NCBI GenBank assembly: GCA_904063045.1
Contig: CAJFCJ010000005.1
Coordinates: forward strand, 181,310-245,309
Reading direction: 5' to 3'
Length of the DNA stretch: 64,000 nt
From: Dimorphilus gyrociliatus
Lineage: Eukaryota > Animalia > Annelida
In this document: one piece after another, positions 24,701 to 38,528 of the stretch
How positions within the stretch are numbered: the stretch's first letter is position 1
Layout of the letters: the number at the start of each line of letters is the position of its first letter
Notes under the pieces: model-generated
The model's input: only the letters and a program-made list of their open reading frames with translations
Databases searched by the model: none
What the model was told of the DNA's origin: nothing
Made by a program: the position numbers and the translations under genes

Positions 24701-27460
24701 TCGTTCTCATTAGAATACAACTATAAAATCCTTAATATATTATATAAATATAAATATATGTTTATACAGATAGTTTTCTGACAAATCAACTGGGAATATA
24801 CTGCAGTTTTACAGTCTTTCCTTATGGTTCCATCGTAATATTCATTCCATAAACAATTTAAACCAATCCTATAATTTACATTCCTCTCTAACAAGTTATG
24901 AAGACAAGTTTTTCTAATTGTTTCAATTGATTAATTATCGTTAATATTTTCTGAATAATTCTTTTACTTTGCTTCAAAGTTTTTATGAGAAAAAAGAGGG
25001 GAAATTATATCCAATGGAACGTCTTCGGATGAAATATATCTATTACCAACATTATCAGTCTTTTCTTTCATATCTGAATTATTGGGGAGAACGTACAAGT
25101 TGTAATGGAGTTCTTTTACGCGTTAAAAACTTACCAATATGAAATGTTAGTATCTCTGATTGATATTGTAATTGGAAATAATTTCTATTAGAAGAAGCTT
25201 TAGCTAGGATAATATCGCCAATGAAGATTATTTCTTCAGTAGAAGATATAGATAATGATGAATATTTTCTATTATTACATTCGAATAATGTAGATTTTAA
25301 ATCTCTTTTATAACTAGATCCAATTAGAGAGTAACACTTATTTTTAAAGATATATGAACTACTTGAACAGGGATTTGCTTTAATATGTTCAAAAAGAAAT
25401 AAGCTGCGTTACTCTTTTCGATTACTGTATATAGATTATCTTACTTTTCCTCATTTCAGACTCATTCCAGCAATGAATATGAACGTAAGGAAACTTCTTT
25501 ACTCCCACCTTTCCAAGAAACATATCTAAAGCAGAAATGGCGTTCAAATCATTAGTATAGTATTTTTTCCCGTTGCTATATAGAGAGTGAGAAATGTAGG
25601 CTGAACATAAAAATTTTCTTGAACACTGCTTCGTTATAGTAAAGTCTATTGTCCTCTCAGTTGAAGGTCTAGATTGTAATGTTCCATAACGATAGCCAAA
25701 CTTTTTACAAACCGCCTAAGTTATTAAAATTCCATTAAAAATAGATTATATAGAAAGAGACTAAAGACTTTTTAACCTTAACTCTATCATAAGAGAATTT
25801 ATAAGTAGATATTTTAAACCAAAACGCTCCTTTATAAGCTTCTAGAATACCATTAAGACTTTTAGGTTTTGTCTTTGCATTTTGCCATACGGTTGTATTC
25901 GTATTGATGTCGGATACTCTTAAAAATGGCGACCAATTACCGTTACCTTTTAAATGAATTAGATCTCCATTTCCGGTTGTAAAGAAACAAACAAAAAGAA
26001 ATAAATAAAGATTATTACCTACATTCGAACTGATAAATTCCAAACACCAATAAGATTTATTAAAGTTAAGTTTGCCGTTTGAATCAATTTCGGGTTCAAT
26101 AATCACTTCCGGTTCGTTACCATACAAAGGTGTAACGAATATCTTTTCCATATTAATTATCTTAGAATTCTTACAATAAACATATCGAAGTTTTTTAAAA
26201 GATCTTTCAACAGTGAAATATTTATTAATAAATTCAATTTCTCTATTCGACCAAAACTTTAATGAACTTTCTGAATATTATATATTAAACTATTGTTTAA
26301 ACGTATTATACAATTGTTAATTAGATTATATATAATGACTTTTTTTCAATAGAATTGGCATTGGTCCAAAACTTTTCGAATTAAAGTAGACGGTATTATC
26401 AGGGAATGAATCAAAGTTTGTTTGATTTTTAACAAAATTCGAATCAATCTTTAAAAATATATGAATACATTGAGTTCTTGCAGTTGATACGTCAAGTCTA
26501 TTTGTCCATTCAAATTGCGCTAATTCCTTTGCTTCTATAGTTATATTACTAAAACGTTGACTTATGTAGAAAATAGTTTGACCTTTGTCTTTAAAATATT
26601 TATAATCTCTTCCAGTATAGCATTGGTTACCATGACAAACTCTATCGGATGTTTTAAACAGACGTTGCCCCTGACATAATCTATAATTTTTACCATCCTT
26701 TCGTGCATACATCAAATTATTCCGGTTCTTTAAACCTTGATAAAACGTAAATACGTCTGTTGATTAATAAAAAAACATAATAAAAGAAATAATTAAATTA
26801 ATCAATTTATTGTTTTTTTACATGGTTTTGATGGTTCAAAACAGGCAATTTGATAAGTTGTCCTAATAGACTCTCCAAATTTACATGAAGATAACTTTAT
26901 TCTATAGAATATGATATGAAAATTATAACAAAGATATAGATAAAACTTGAACAGAACACAAAATTCAAATATTTACATTTTACATCCATTTTTATCGCAT
27001 TTGCTATAAGCTATATGTTTTTCTTTTGGAGAGAAATTCAAAATTTATATTCAATCGGTTTGAACGGAAGAAAATTTATTCAAAATTCAATTCTTACTGT
27101 AATAACTAACTACTGTATAAATATTTGCGTTTAGACTATCTTTATGCCAATCCGTACATAGATCATAATAGAAATATCTATTATAAATGAAATGACTAAG
27201 ATCGTAAATAAGATAATACGATTCATCATCAATTTGAATAGTTGGAAAATAGATGCCAAATTCAGATTTATCCCTATATCCTGCAAATTTTATATACTTT
27301 CCATTCAATTCAAATGATTTACTAGATAAAAGAGGTAGATTGTCAATTGGTATTGAAAAAATAGAAGAAAAGAATTCAACTTGTATTGTCTTTCGTTACA
27401 TTCTTGACAATTGTTCATTTCCAATACATTGGCAATTAATAATAAAATAATAATTATCAT
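21796..27460 (-). CDS. LDLa-LRR class A GPCR (GRL101/LGR-like), gene 1, multi-exon
   Basis: Signal-like MIIIILLLIANVLE at 27460, then a long ectodomain and six LDLa repeats at ~23500-24600. LRRs and TM1-4 are in ORF 22357..23640 (WRNSTSCSMAG, SLNRCLTI), TM5-6 in 21963..22274, and TM7 WIAIILLPINSILNPIIY is followed by a stop at 21796. Confidence 0.85.
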
Positions 27461-28558
27461 CCCTATAGATAAGGAACTATTGAAAATATTCCAAAAATTT
27501 CTCTTTGTTTGAATGATTTGAATGAAAATATGACCAAAAAAAAAAATTTCATATATTTTTAATTTATTAAAACAAAATGGCGCAAACATTAAAATAATTC
27601 GAATATTTTTAAGTGTCTTTCTTCTTAATTAAACGTTGAATATATAAATTACTAGAAATGATATACAATGAATAATCGTTAAAAATTCAATCTTCTTCAT
27701 TAATTAGACATTCCGTTCTATTGATTACTTCGGAAAATAGTCGTATACACTCTTAGTTTTTTTAGTTAATTTATAAGGTTTCAATCTCTGCCTACAGAGA
27801 TATTTCAATTAAACTTTTACTCGAAACTTAAAATATAGTAGCCGGTGTTTATTGGCTTCAGAGAGAGAGAGAGAGATATTAAAGAGTAAACCCTTGTAAT
27901 ACAACCATACCAAACTCTTCTCCTCTATGTAAAGGTCTATAGACTACCTCTTTATTCTACATAGGCTAAATAGGTAAAAAAAAAAGAGGCTTTAACAGAA
28001 TATCTTTCAACAGTTACTGTTGAGTCAACGTTTAAATAGTACTTTTCAATGAATTTGAAAAGTTTTCTTTCCAAGAACGACTTTATTAAACGAACGATGT
28101 AAATAAGTATTCTTTTTCAGAATTGGTAGACTTCCGGTTATTTGACACCATTATAATACTGTATGTAGTACTATTAATAAACTCAAGGATTAATTAGTAT
28201 ATATATATATAGCTTTCGGTGTTCCATTTTAAAACCAAGCCCTGATATCCTAATCTGTTTACATAAAAAGAAGGCAGTAAGATAAGGTTAACAAAAATAA
28301 CCCAAAATTAAGCCTAGCAATGGAATTAAGAACGAATTTAAACGTATAATAAAAGAAAAATGTTTCGTTGAATAGAATCTATACAAAAGTTTCTTTTCGC
28401 AACTAAGATTCTCTAAAGAGAGGGAGGCTATTATTATATTCAACAATCAACAGAATAACACAATAGGCCTAGATCTAAATTATATCCAAATATATATACT
28501 GTTTATATATACTGTATAATCGCTAAAATTCCATAAATATTTTTTTTTCAAATACTTA

Positions 28559-28620
28559 CTCTCTCTCTCTCTCTCTCTCCCTTTCTCATTCTCTCCTTCT
28601 CTCTCTCTCTCTCTCTCTCT
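28559..28620. repeat. (CT)n microsatellite
   Basis: Interrupted CT dinucleotide run upstream of the ZYG11-like gene. Confidence 0.9.
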
Positions 28621-28933
28621 TTAAAAAGAAGTATAAAGTTAAAAAATAAACTTTTTGCTCTATTTCTATAAATATTTTAAATAAATTTACTTGACCTGAA
28701 AAGAGAAATAAAAAAAAGAAAGAAGAATCACCACAAAGTATACAAATCAGAAAAAAAACACTCTTGACACTCTTAATTAAATAGAGAAAGAAAAGTAGTT
28801 GATAGTATAGGTGGCGTTGGTGTTGTTTTCTATTTTTTTCTCACTTTTTTTTCCATTTCTACCTTGTTATAATAAATAGCAAAAGTCTGGTTTTTAAATA
28901 GGAATATTTCGCAATTAATGAAAGATATTCGCT

Positions 28934-30831
28934 ATGGATAGTTTAAAGGAATTGGTATTTAAATATCTATTAAAAAACTATCATATTCTATTAAGAGAGA
29001 AGAAATGTACTTTAAATTCAATACTGGAGGAATTAATTGAACGTTTGGATGATTATTTCTATGGAATACCTGAAGATTTATTCAAATTTCTTAAAAATGG
29101 TCAAAACTCTATTAAAAGGATAAATATACACGGAAATCGAATTACTAATCCTCAAACTTTATCGTTTCTAAAGGATTATCAATTAAATAGTGTGATTATT
29201 ACTCAAATGAATGTAATTTCGTTAAGCAATTGGATTGAATACTTGAATATTGATTACTTGGAAGAGTTATCATTAAAGAAATGTAAAATATATAAGAATA
29301 TACCAAATAATATTGAAATATTCTTTAAAACTGCACCAAAGAGATTTAACGATTTCGCTAATATAGAAAATGAAATTGGTCATATTTTTCCGTTATTCAC
29401 CAATTTAAAATCATTGAATTTATCATCAACTGCAATAGATAATGAATTTTTATATTTTATATCAAATAATATAGAAACTATCGAAGATTTAAACATTTCA
29501 AATACTTTAATAACCAATTTAACACCAATTGAAAATATGAGAAGATTAAAAATATTGGATTGTTCGTCTTGTTTAAATTCATCTATACAACAAACATATT
29601 CAATTCTCTTGAAGATGAAAGATCTTATCTGGATTGATTTATCGTTAAATTTTAAAGAAATTCATAATTATCAAATTATTGAAGATTTATTAACGAATGG
29701 CAATTGGCAATCTATAAAAACTATCTTACTAGGTCGTCTTCAAAACTTGTCTGTAGATATTTTAAGGTTGTAGACTATAGGCTTGGAATAGAATAAATAT
29801 GATATATATTACGGTCAATGACCTTTATCAACTCATTTCTTTTTATTGTTTCCAGAGAATTTCTCTCCAGACACAATGGTATAGAAACTTTTGTCGTTAA
29901 CATTGAAAATGGACAGTTTGTTAGCGATGACAAGCATACGTTTATTAATTTATCAACACAAAACTATCAGGTACTTTTAAACAACAATATCGTTTATATA
30001 GGATAAATATTTTAATATGCAAATTAGATTGAAGAAAATAGCGAAGACAAGGTGAATAACCTTTTAAAGATCTACTATAAGTCGGTGAAAAATAAGGAAT
30101 ATATCCATCGTTTAATCGAATATTGGGGTTCAACTTTTGATAGAATTCTTCTAAACACCAATGAAATAGACGTAATAAACGTAAGCCTATAAAAAAAATT
30201 AAATGTTCAATTCAGTTGAACGATGAATAATATTTCCTCTCTCTTCTCTTCTTTTTAAGATATTTATCGATTATATCGAAGATTTTAAATATAACGAATT
30301 GAATTGTCAAAAGAATATCAACACTTTTTGGGAAATTTTAAAGATTCTTTATTCAATTCCAATTAATTGTTTAACATTTGAAATTCAATGTAAAATTTTC
30401 ACTTTTTGCTATAAATTCTTTATAGAGATGAAAGGAAATTTTCAAAAATATCCATCTTTTCAACTTTTATTGTTTATCTTAAAGAAATATCAAAAATGCG
30501 ATTATTTGGTTAAAGATAAATTCTATTTAACAATTGGATTATTTGAAGTTTTACTTTGGAAAGGTGAAAATTGCCAACAAAAAGCCATTGAGATACTTGA
30601 AGAAATCTTAAGAAACTATTACATATTAAAGGTAAAAGATCTATTCTAGGGAATAAGATATTCCTTTACTTAATCCTTATTTAACAGTTGCCAGAGAATT
30701 TTGAAAAGGAAGATGTTAATCTTGAACAAACACGCTTCAATTTTGAAGAGAGAGAAAATATTGGATATCAAAAGAAAACAAAGAAGAAGAAGAGTAAACG
30801 GTTTAGAAGTATTTTTTCATTAAGTAAATAA
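28934..30831 (+). CDS. ZYG11/ZER1-like BC-box LRR protein, about five exons
   Basis: N-terminal MDSLKELVFKYL (BC-box-like) and ZYG11-type LRRs (LKSLNLSSTAID, IEDLNISNT, LKILDCS). Short introns near 29767, 29970, 30181 and 30632; helical C-terminal exons end FRSIFSLSK*. Confidence 0.65.
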
Positions 30832-30989
30832 ATGTATCAAAAGACAAACTCTGCAAGAGTTTACGGTCCACGGGCTGTTAATTCCATTTATAATTACTAC
30901 TACTACTACTAATACCATTGACTGAAGGTTTCTATTTATCTGTTTTTAATAACAAAACTATTTTGAATACATGACTATTTAATTCACTT

Positions 30990-31350
30990 TTGCGTTACTA
31001 AAGATAAAACTCGGGATCTTTAATGAGAAAAAAGATGACTCCTACTATAGAGATCTTTTTGTTCTCTTCTTTGTACCTGAAACAATACTTATAACAAACG
31101 CTCTGATGTTTAATGCATCGATAGAAGCTTCTCGAAAGGGAGCGAAACTCACTTCATCAGCAAACGTCAAAGAAGATAATAAAGATCGAAACGAGTCTAT
31201 TATGCTTATATTAATTTCAACCTACTATGCATTATGTTCAATACCAAATGCGATGCTATTTATATATACTTAAGATATAATTTACCAAATCCAACAATGG
31301 AGTATGCTAGTTTTTTAAAGAGAATGGCTCTACTCGCAGAACATTTCCTC
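30990..31350 (+). pseudogene. Class A GPCR fragment (TM5-ICL3-TM6)
   Basis: Translation YYRDLFVLFFVPETILITNALMF...KDRNESIMLILISTYYALCSIPNAMLFIYT*; flanking frames are disrupted by stops. Confidence 0.6.
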
Positions 31351-31962
31351 AAAACGAATGAGTAACGATAGTTTGTCACAAAACAGTTTGTCTAGCTAAT
31401 TACGTTTGAATGATTCGTACCCAGGAAATTGTAATTACAAACTAATATAAATAGATACGTCATAACTTATTAAAGATAATTTCTGCACTAATACAAACGA
31501 AATTTGTTCCTTTGAATATTAGTTTTGTGAGTTGAGTACAGATAGATAGTTTCTTTAAGATACTCTATAGAATCACCGATTGAATTCTATCAATTTAGAG
31601 ACAAAGTGATTCAAAACTAAAAAAGAATTCAAATTTTCAAGGTTAACTATTTTAATGTTAATCTTATTGAATAGGATAAAAATACGAAACTGGAATTATT
31701 AAAACTGCTTGTGATTTACTGCAATAAAAAGTTTAACATTTCGTATTCAATTGACAAACAAAGGATACTAAATATAAAATCATTGTATTGAACACTTGTA
31801 AGACAATTAATGACAGTTGATTTTGAACTTTTTCAGTTTTTTATTTATATCGAAAAAGTATTGTGATTTGTTACTAATCGATTGTTAGCACTTGTTTTTA
31901 AATGAAAAATGATAAAGTCTAAAGAAATTCGTCATTCGCTTCTATTCTCTTGGTTTAGGACA

Positions 31963-32946
31963 ATGAAAAGTTATATTTTCATTATACTGATACTTCGTCT
32001 TAAATTATTTAATACAAAGATGTATAGATCGTGTATTCATGCTTTATTAGATAATGGGAATAGTACAGGAGTTTACGAAATTCAACCATTTAATTATGGA
32101 AATTACGCTAATATTTCGTGTTCTTTAATTGAAGAGAATGTTGTTTTAACTGAACTTGCGACTAATTCAAATCCGAATGAAGCTATTTTTAGTTCAGAGA
32201 TAGGTAAAAGCGTTAAAAAGAATTTCTCATATCCAAACTTGAATGAAACCGAAGTAATAGAATTAATGAAATATGGCGGAATTTGCTCTCAAAGTATGTA
32301 TTTCTATGGTATTGGAATAAATCAAGCTAGCCTTCATTTTAAATTCTCTGATGGAACTGTTTATCTGATGAATAAGCCTCGCGATGGCATATGTAAATGT
32401 ATAATAGCCGAAAATTGTTCCAGTAAAAAGAAGACTAGACGATGTATTGTAAAATATATCAACACAACTATTCCCATGATAAATATGACTGGAGAGTTAG
32501 CTGTCTCTTCCAAAAGATTACCTCTTACCAACGTAGAGTACGAAGATGTAGACGTTACTGGAAGATATATTTTCCATCATGTTAAACCACTTAGCTGCAA
32601 AGCTCCACTGAAAAGAAATTTTAAATCGATATTCAACTCACAGTGCAATCCAGATTATAATCTTTTGGAAGATAAGGATAAAGATACTTGTATTAAATTT
32701 TCCAATTCATTTGCATATTTGGAAATGTCATATAGTCAAGTGATTAATATTTATTCGCCAACAATTGAAAATTTAAGTATAAAAGTGTATACAAAGCTGA
32801 AAAGTGGTCGTTTAGCAGTTTGTTTATTAAGTAAAGATAATACTTTTATATGTTTTGCAAAAGCAAGTGGCATATATATGCATATTCTAAATGTTAAAGA
32901 ACAAGATGTGATTATATGCGAAATCTCTTCATCAGTCTTTATATAA
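31963..32946 (+). CDS. Secreted protein with a CASPR/neurexin-IV-type fibrinogen-like domain
   Basis: Single-exon ORF; the second Met starts a hydrophobic leader. YRSC..NGNSTGVYEIQP..ISC..Y..CSQ..DG..CKC..C..LPLT..DVD..PLSC follows the CASPR fibrinogen-like Cys pattern. Confidence 0.6.
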   Translation: MKSYIFIILILRLKLFNTKMYRSCIHALLDNGNSTGVYEIQPFNYGNYANISCSLIEENVVLTELATNSNPNEAIFSSEIGKSVKKNFSYPNLNETEVIELMKYGGICSQSMYFYGIGINQASLHFKFSDGTVYLMNKPRDGICKCIIAENCSSKKKTRRCIVKYINTTIPMINMTGELAVSSKRLPLTNVEYEDVDVTGRYIFHHVKPLSCKAPLKRNFKSIFNSQCNPDYNLLEDKDKDTCIKFSNSFAYLEMSYSQVINIYSPTIENLSIKVYTKLKSGRLAVCLLSKDNTFICFAKASGIYMHILNVKEQDVIICEISSSVFI

Positions 32947-33314
32947 AGATATTAGGGTTAGGGTTAGGAGAAAACAGAAGGAAAATCATTGATTAATGAA
33001 ACGATATAACAATCATCTAAATGGGATTTTTGTTATTAATATCGCCTATATGTTATAAGTGTTACTTGTTAATTAACTGATTGACGAAAGACGTTTCGGT
33101 TCATTATTAATAATTAATTAGCTAATCTACTAAGCCTATACCCTAATTGCTATCAACTTACTTCATATCTGTTTGTTATACAATTGATTAATTAATAAAA
33201 AGAAGAATAATTGATGACTCAGCATTTTTTTTTCAATTGTAAAATCTCTTCGTCTTTTTTAGAACAAACATATTGTTCATAATTATTCTTTTTGTTTTTG
33301 TATTTTTAAGAAAC

Positions 33315-33386
33315 GACTCCGTGGCGCAACGGTAGCGCGTCTGACTCCAGATCAGAAGGTTGCGTGTTCAAATCACGTCGGGGTCA
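33315..33386 (+). tRNA. tRNA-Trp(CCA)
   Basis: 72-nt cloverleaf GACTCCGTGGCGCAACGG...GTTCAAATCACGTCGGGGTCA, anticodon loop CTCCAGA, eukaryotic type, no encoded CCA end. Confidence 0.97.
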
Positions 33387-34297
33387 AGTTCAATCTTTTG
33401 TTCTTTTTTTTTTTATAGGCCTATTTTATTATTAGACGCGTATAAAATTCATGGAAATTATGCATTATTGCTGTTTTTATGAATATATATATATATATAT
33501 ATATATTATTTATATTTTGTTTCTTTAATACTTACTACAATCAGTAATCTTCTCGTAATAATTAAAATTTGAATCATTTACAAAGTTAATAGGTCTCGTG
33601 TGTCTATTTTCGTTGTTCAAGTAGCAATGACCCAATATTTTTTGATAATCAATTGACCTTTAACACGATTCATTACAGAATAAATAGATAAAGAGAAAAA
33701 GAAAAGGTACAAAATCTACCTGCAATTTGGGTAAATTTTACAAAGATTTTTACAATCTTCTAGCGAAAGTTCACCGTGTTGCGCTCCATTGAATTCTGTT
33801 GCATATATAGTACTAGCAGCCATGGCCTTATTGATAAATTCTTCATAAGAAATACAAGCTGAAAAATTTTGTGAACAGAGTTCAAAAAAAATGAATAATT
33901 AGAAGAAAATATTCAAAAGTAAAACAACCTGTTTGTTGAGCTTGTATTAAGAATAATTGTTGTATAAAGTATATAAACGCATAACGAGTTTGAATAAAAT
34001 TGAACATAGTGTACTGAAAATGATCTCTTCTTCTTTCTGCCTCTCTCTCTCTCTTCAACTGACTATGTTCATAGGCATCTCATATAAGATAATTACTGCA
34101 TATTTAATGAGTTGTAATAATTTCCAAAGTCAACACGCTGTATAAATTTTATTTTGTATTGAGAATGTTTTTATTAAATTATCATAGATAAACATTAAGG
34201 AATAAGAAACTTAGGCTTAATTATTCTATTTTAAATATGTTAATGACTTCCCTTTTTCTTCTGCGATGAGGTAAATTATGAAATTTTTGATACGAAA

Positions 34298-34330
34298 CTG
34301 ACTTCAGATCAGAAGGTTGCGTGTTCAAAT
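34298..34330 (+). pseudogene. tRNA-Trp fragment (anticodon arm to T arm)
   Basis: 32 of 33 nt identical to the tRNA-Trp at 33315; anticodon changed CCA to TCA; no D arm or acceptor stem. Confidence 0.75.
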
Positions 34331-35275
34331 TATTCTTTACAGAAGGAAAGAGACTAGACGGTAAGGACGGAAGTCTGAAAGAGAGAGAGAGAGAGAAACT
34401 TAAAAATAACACTTGTATGCTATGCGTAGGTGTTGTGATAGTCTAATAATTCCATTTGAGATCAATGAAATATAGGTTGTTTAAATTGAATTAGATTTTT
34501 TAATAAAACATAAAACAATATGCAAAACAAACTATCTCTTTTCTATTTTTCTATGCTTCTTCCTATTCAAATACAAGTTCTTTATTATAGTTTCATCTTT
34601 TAATTCAAAGCAATAAGCTATTTATTAATAGAACGATTAGTTTCATTGTCTTGGAGAAGCGGCTTCTACAAAGTATCTTTTCTCTTGTAGATTTTATCTA
34701 AACGATTTAAACAATGCATTAGTCGCTTGAATATTGGTACTAAATATCATAAAGAAACAATGTAATGTACAAAAAGAGAAAGTCAACATTTCAAAAGTCA
34801 ATGTTTGTTCGCTTGAATACAATGAAAAACATGATGAATATACTATTACGTTTTTAACAGCATTTACGACGTATTGGTTTAAAAGTTTTCGCCATACAAT
34901 GATCTACTTTTATAATTATTTGATAAAAATACTCGTTAGTTTCATTTCCATAAGAATAATAGGTAAGTTAATTAACTATTAATAATTATACAAATTACAG
35001 GTAAAAAATTTTTCAATAATTTTCAAATATATGTTCAGGATTTGAACATATTTGGTTTGGGTGTTTAACACTTAATTTTAACCTTTATATTAACCCTATT
35101 TTGCAATTAAAATCATAATTGTATTGTCTTTGATTTGCGAAAGGAAGAATATAAATATGTAAATCAATCTATTAAAGCAAAATCTTTTATTACTTTTAAT
35201 TATTCTATATGAAGAATAAAAGCTAATAGTTAAACCTACAAAATTCCTTCAATTAAGTTTCAATATCTTTTTCAG

Positions 35276-38200
35276 CAATGTGTACATTAGATACAGATTG
35301 TATTTACGATGGAAAATGTATTAATGGAACATGTAAATGCGATAATCCAATCTTGAAAGGTTCTTGTCATTTAGGTAAAAAGAAATTCATTAAAATTATT
35401 ATAAATTATTCAATATAATAAACAATATATAGGCTCAAAATATTTGATTATTCAAGAAGAATGTTCTATTGAAAGTTTAACCTACTTTAAGGCGTCTAAT
35501 TTGTCGGATTGCATTGAGAATTGTACTTCAAACGACAATTGTACAGCTGTTACTCTGCTTGTAAATTTTAATGTTCTTTTTTGTTTTTTAAAACAAATTT
35601 GCTCATTTCCTTTATCACCTCCCTCAAATTTGCCTGATAGAATATATACTGTTCTTTTTAAAGGTAGATAATAAGTTACTGTTCTAGTCGTTTATTATAT
35701 ATATATAGAAAACTTTGAAAATTTATTCTAGATTCTGAACAATCGTTATGTGGACATGATGATTTGAGTACAACCCATATAAGGGAATGTATTGAATTTT
35801 TATGGAATAAGCATACACATTGCTCATCAAATGGATTAGGATTGACAGACAATATGAATAAATGGTTGGGAAATATGACTGTATTTTCAATTAAAGAAGA
35901 AATGATTGAAATAAGTAAAAACTCAGTTCATTTTTCAAAAGTAAACTCTCAAACAGCCAGTAAAGAATTATATAGAAGTTTATGCTACGGAAATCTATCG
36001 CCTGGAAGATATAATATAGCTTTTGGAAAGAAAATACTTCATAATATGGTTTCTAGTTCGTCCTCAACAATTTACAACATTAATCATCTAGTCGACGGAG
36101 TTACTAATCCAAATGCTAATTTGGGCGGTTGTCTGCAATTGTTTAAATCAAATTTACCGACTCTATGGTTCGCTATCGATTTAAAAACAAATTATATTGT
36201 AAGAAGAGTAATTATCTATCCACAGAGTAAACAGATAGGTTAATTATATTATTAATATTTTCTTGCTATTCAATTATTTATGAATTCTAAATTTTTCATG
36301 TTTGAATAGGCGATCTAGAATTAAAAATTACTGTCTTAGAAAATGAACCTGTCGATAGTATCAATCCAAATCTAATTGATCCTTATCAAATCTGCACTCG
36401 AAACGTTACAATTTCATCGGATTCCGAAAGAAAAACTATTGATTGTCAAGCTAAACTTTTACCAGCAAGATATACAGTCTTTTTCACAGAATCTATTGAT
36501 AATCTAACAATATGCGAAGTGGAAATATTTACAAGTAAAAAAAGAATATATATAAAAAAAGAGAACATTATCTTTGCATTGAAATTTCTCTTTTTTTTTT
36601 GTAAATCTCGATTAAAAAATACAATTTAAATTTAATTTTCTAACAAATATTTAGGTGATTTAGCTTTGAATGGACAAACTTTTACATCTAGTGTAAAGAA
36701 TGAAGCTTACGGGGGTTTTGCCGTTCAAGACGCAACCAGTTCTATTGGCTTTAATTCAAGAGATCAAGCGGAAAATTGGTTTAGTGTACATATAGATGGA
36801 AAATATATTATCTATGGCCTAGATATATTTGGAATAGACTACAAAAAATTAAAAATATACGTAATTAATAGAAATTATCTATTGGATAAAGAGACAAACG
36901 ATTCGGAATTATGTAATAATTTTAAAAATGAAGGCTATTTCGAATATTTATTCTGTCAATGTAAAAATCATTTAATCGGCGAATTTATTGTAGCTAAATC
37001 AAAAGCGTATTTAAATATTAAAAATCTACAAATATGGGGATTATTTCAAAATGATTCAAGTATAAAAATAATTTGAATTTCAAGGTTAAATCTCTAACAA
37101 AATCTCTTTTCTTTTATATTCTTAAAGGTTTAGTTAATATTGCTTATAAAAAACCTACTTGGCAATCTTCAACATATATTTATTTCTTTTCAAAACCGTA
37201 TTACTCTTATTACGCAACAGATGGACAAAATAATGACAAGTTCTCCAGAACTTTGTTTTCTTTCAATCATCTGTGGTTTTGCGTTGATTTATTATTAATG
37301 TATAGAATTGATTATATTGGAATTCAAACAATCACTTCTAACAACTACAATAAAGTCTTTTCATACAAATTCAAGATTATAGAGAAAAAATCAAGAATAA
37401 ACGTTAATGAGAAACTTTTAAATTCGGATTGCTATACAAAAGATCAAGCTTCAACTGACGAAATTGGTGAAACAGTGGTATGGAATTGTTCATTTGCTAT
37501 TAAATACGGTCGATATATATATATAGATAGTTCAAGTCAAATTATAATTAATGAATTATACGCTTATGGCAAACAACTAGAGGAAAATTTACAAGTTTTA
37601 TCAAAAGTTTCAACTGTTGATGTTACTTCTAACAAACAATATCACAGTTATCAACATTCGCCATTAAAGATTATTGACGGCAATTTCAATAACATAATTC
37701 CTACTGAATCGTGTACTCTTCTAACGGCGAATGGAGAAAAAATTTTAAAGGTAAATCTCGATAATAAATATCACGTGACTCAAATAGTTATTCAACCTTT
37801 GTATAAGCTTTATTCAGGTAGGTTAATTTATGAATATTATATTCAAGTTTAATTAAATGAATATTCATTATACAGACGTATTCAAAAATGTTGACGTATA
37901 CGTTAAAAATGATACTAATAACTTGCAAGAACTATGTAAAAAGATAACGTTATCTGGGTTGATTCGTAATCTTTTAATAATAGATTGTGAAAGGCCTATT
38001 TACGGAAATCAAGTAATACTAATAAGGAAAGATAATACAAAACATTTATCAATATGCGAAATAAAGATATACGAAAAAGTATATCTTAACGATAAGGAAG
38101 ATCAGTATAATCGGATGAAAATTATGAAAAATACAAGATTAATAACAGACGGTTTTTGTTTAATTAATGAAAAAGTTACAAATCTTATTAATTGTTTCTT

Positions 38201-38372
38201 ATTGTGTAAAAGAAAACAATGTATAACGTTCTCATTTAATCTAATTCAACGTTTGTGCTGTTTATCTTTATATACAGAGTTGAATAGTTACTTTGAAGTT
38301 TCTTACAACGATCTAATTGGACAAGTCTATTCAATGGCGCCCTCTAACTATAATTTATGCAGTAGTTTTTAA
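35276..38372 (+). CDS. EGF-like, PAN, four F-type-lectin/F5-8C-like domains, PAN; paralog A, multi-exon
   Basis: Cys-rich exon CTLDTDCIYDGKCINGTCKC; PAN (SDCIENCTSNDNCTAV); four NIA/LA...DG...W(F)x(I/V)DL...ICE(V/I) units; C-terminal PAN (CFLLCKRKQCITFSF). The 5' start was not located. Confidence 0.7.
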
Positions 38373-38528
38373 TTAGAATACATAATGAATAAACTATTTG
38401 TATATATCAATTTTTATTTAAAGTAATAAACATAAATATTGTTCCAGTTTTAAGATATCACGAATATGTCTCTTCTCTCCCACCATTCAATATCGCTCAC
38501 AAGTAAACAAATGGAGTAGTTATGAAAC

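Noticed and set aside
34298-34330. tRNA-Sec or opal suppressor (TCA anticodon)
   Set aside because: Only a 33-nt fragment of tRNA-Trp with one substitution; it cannot fold into a tRNA.
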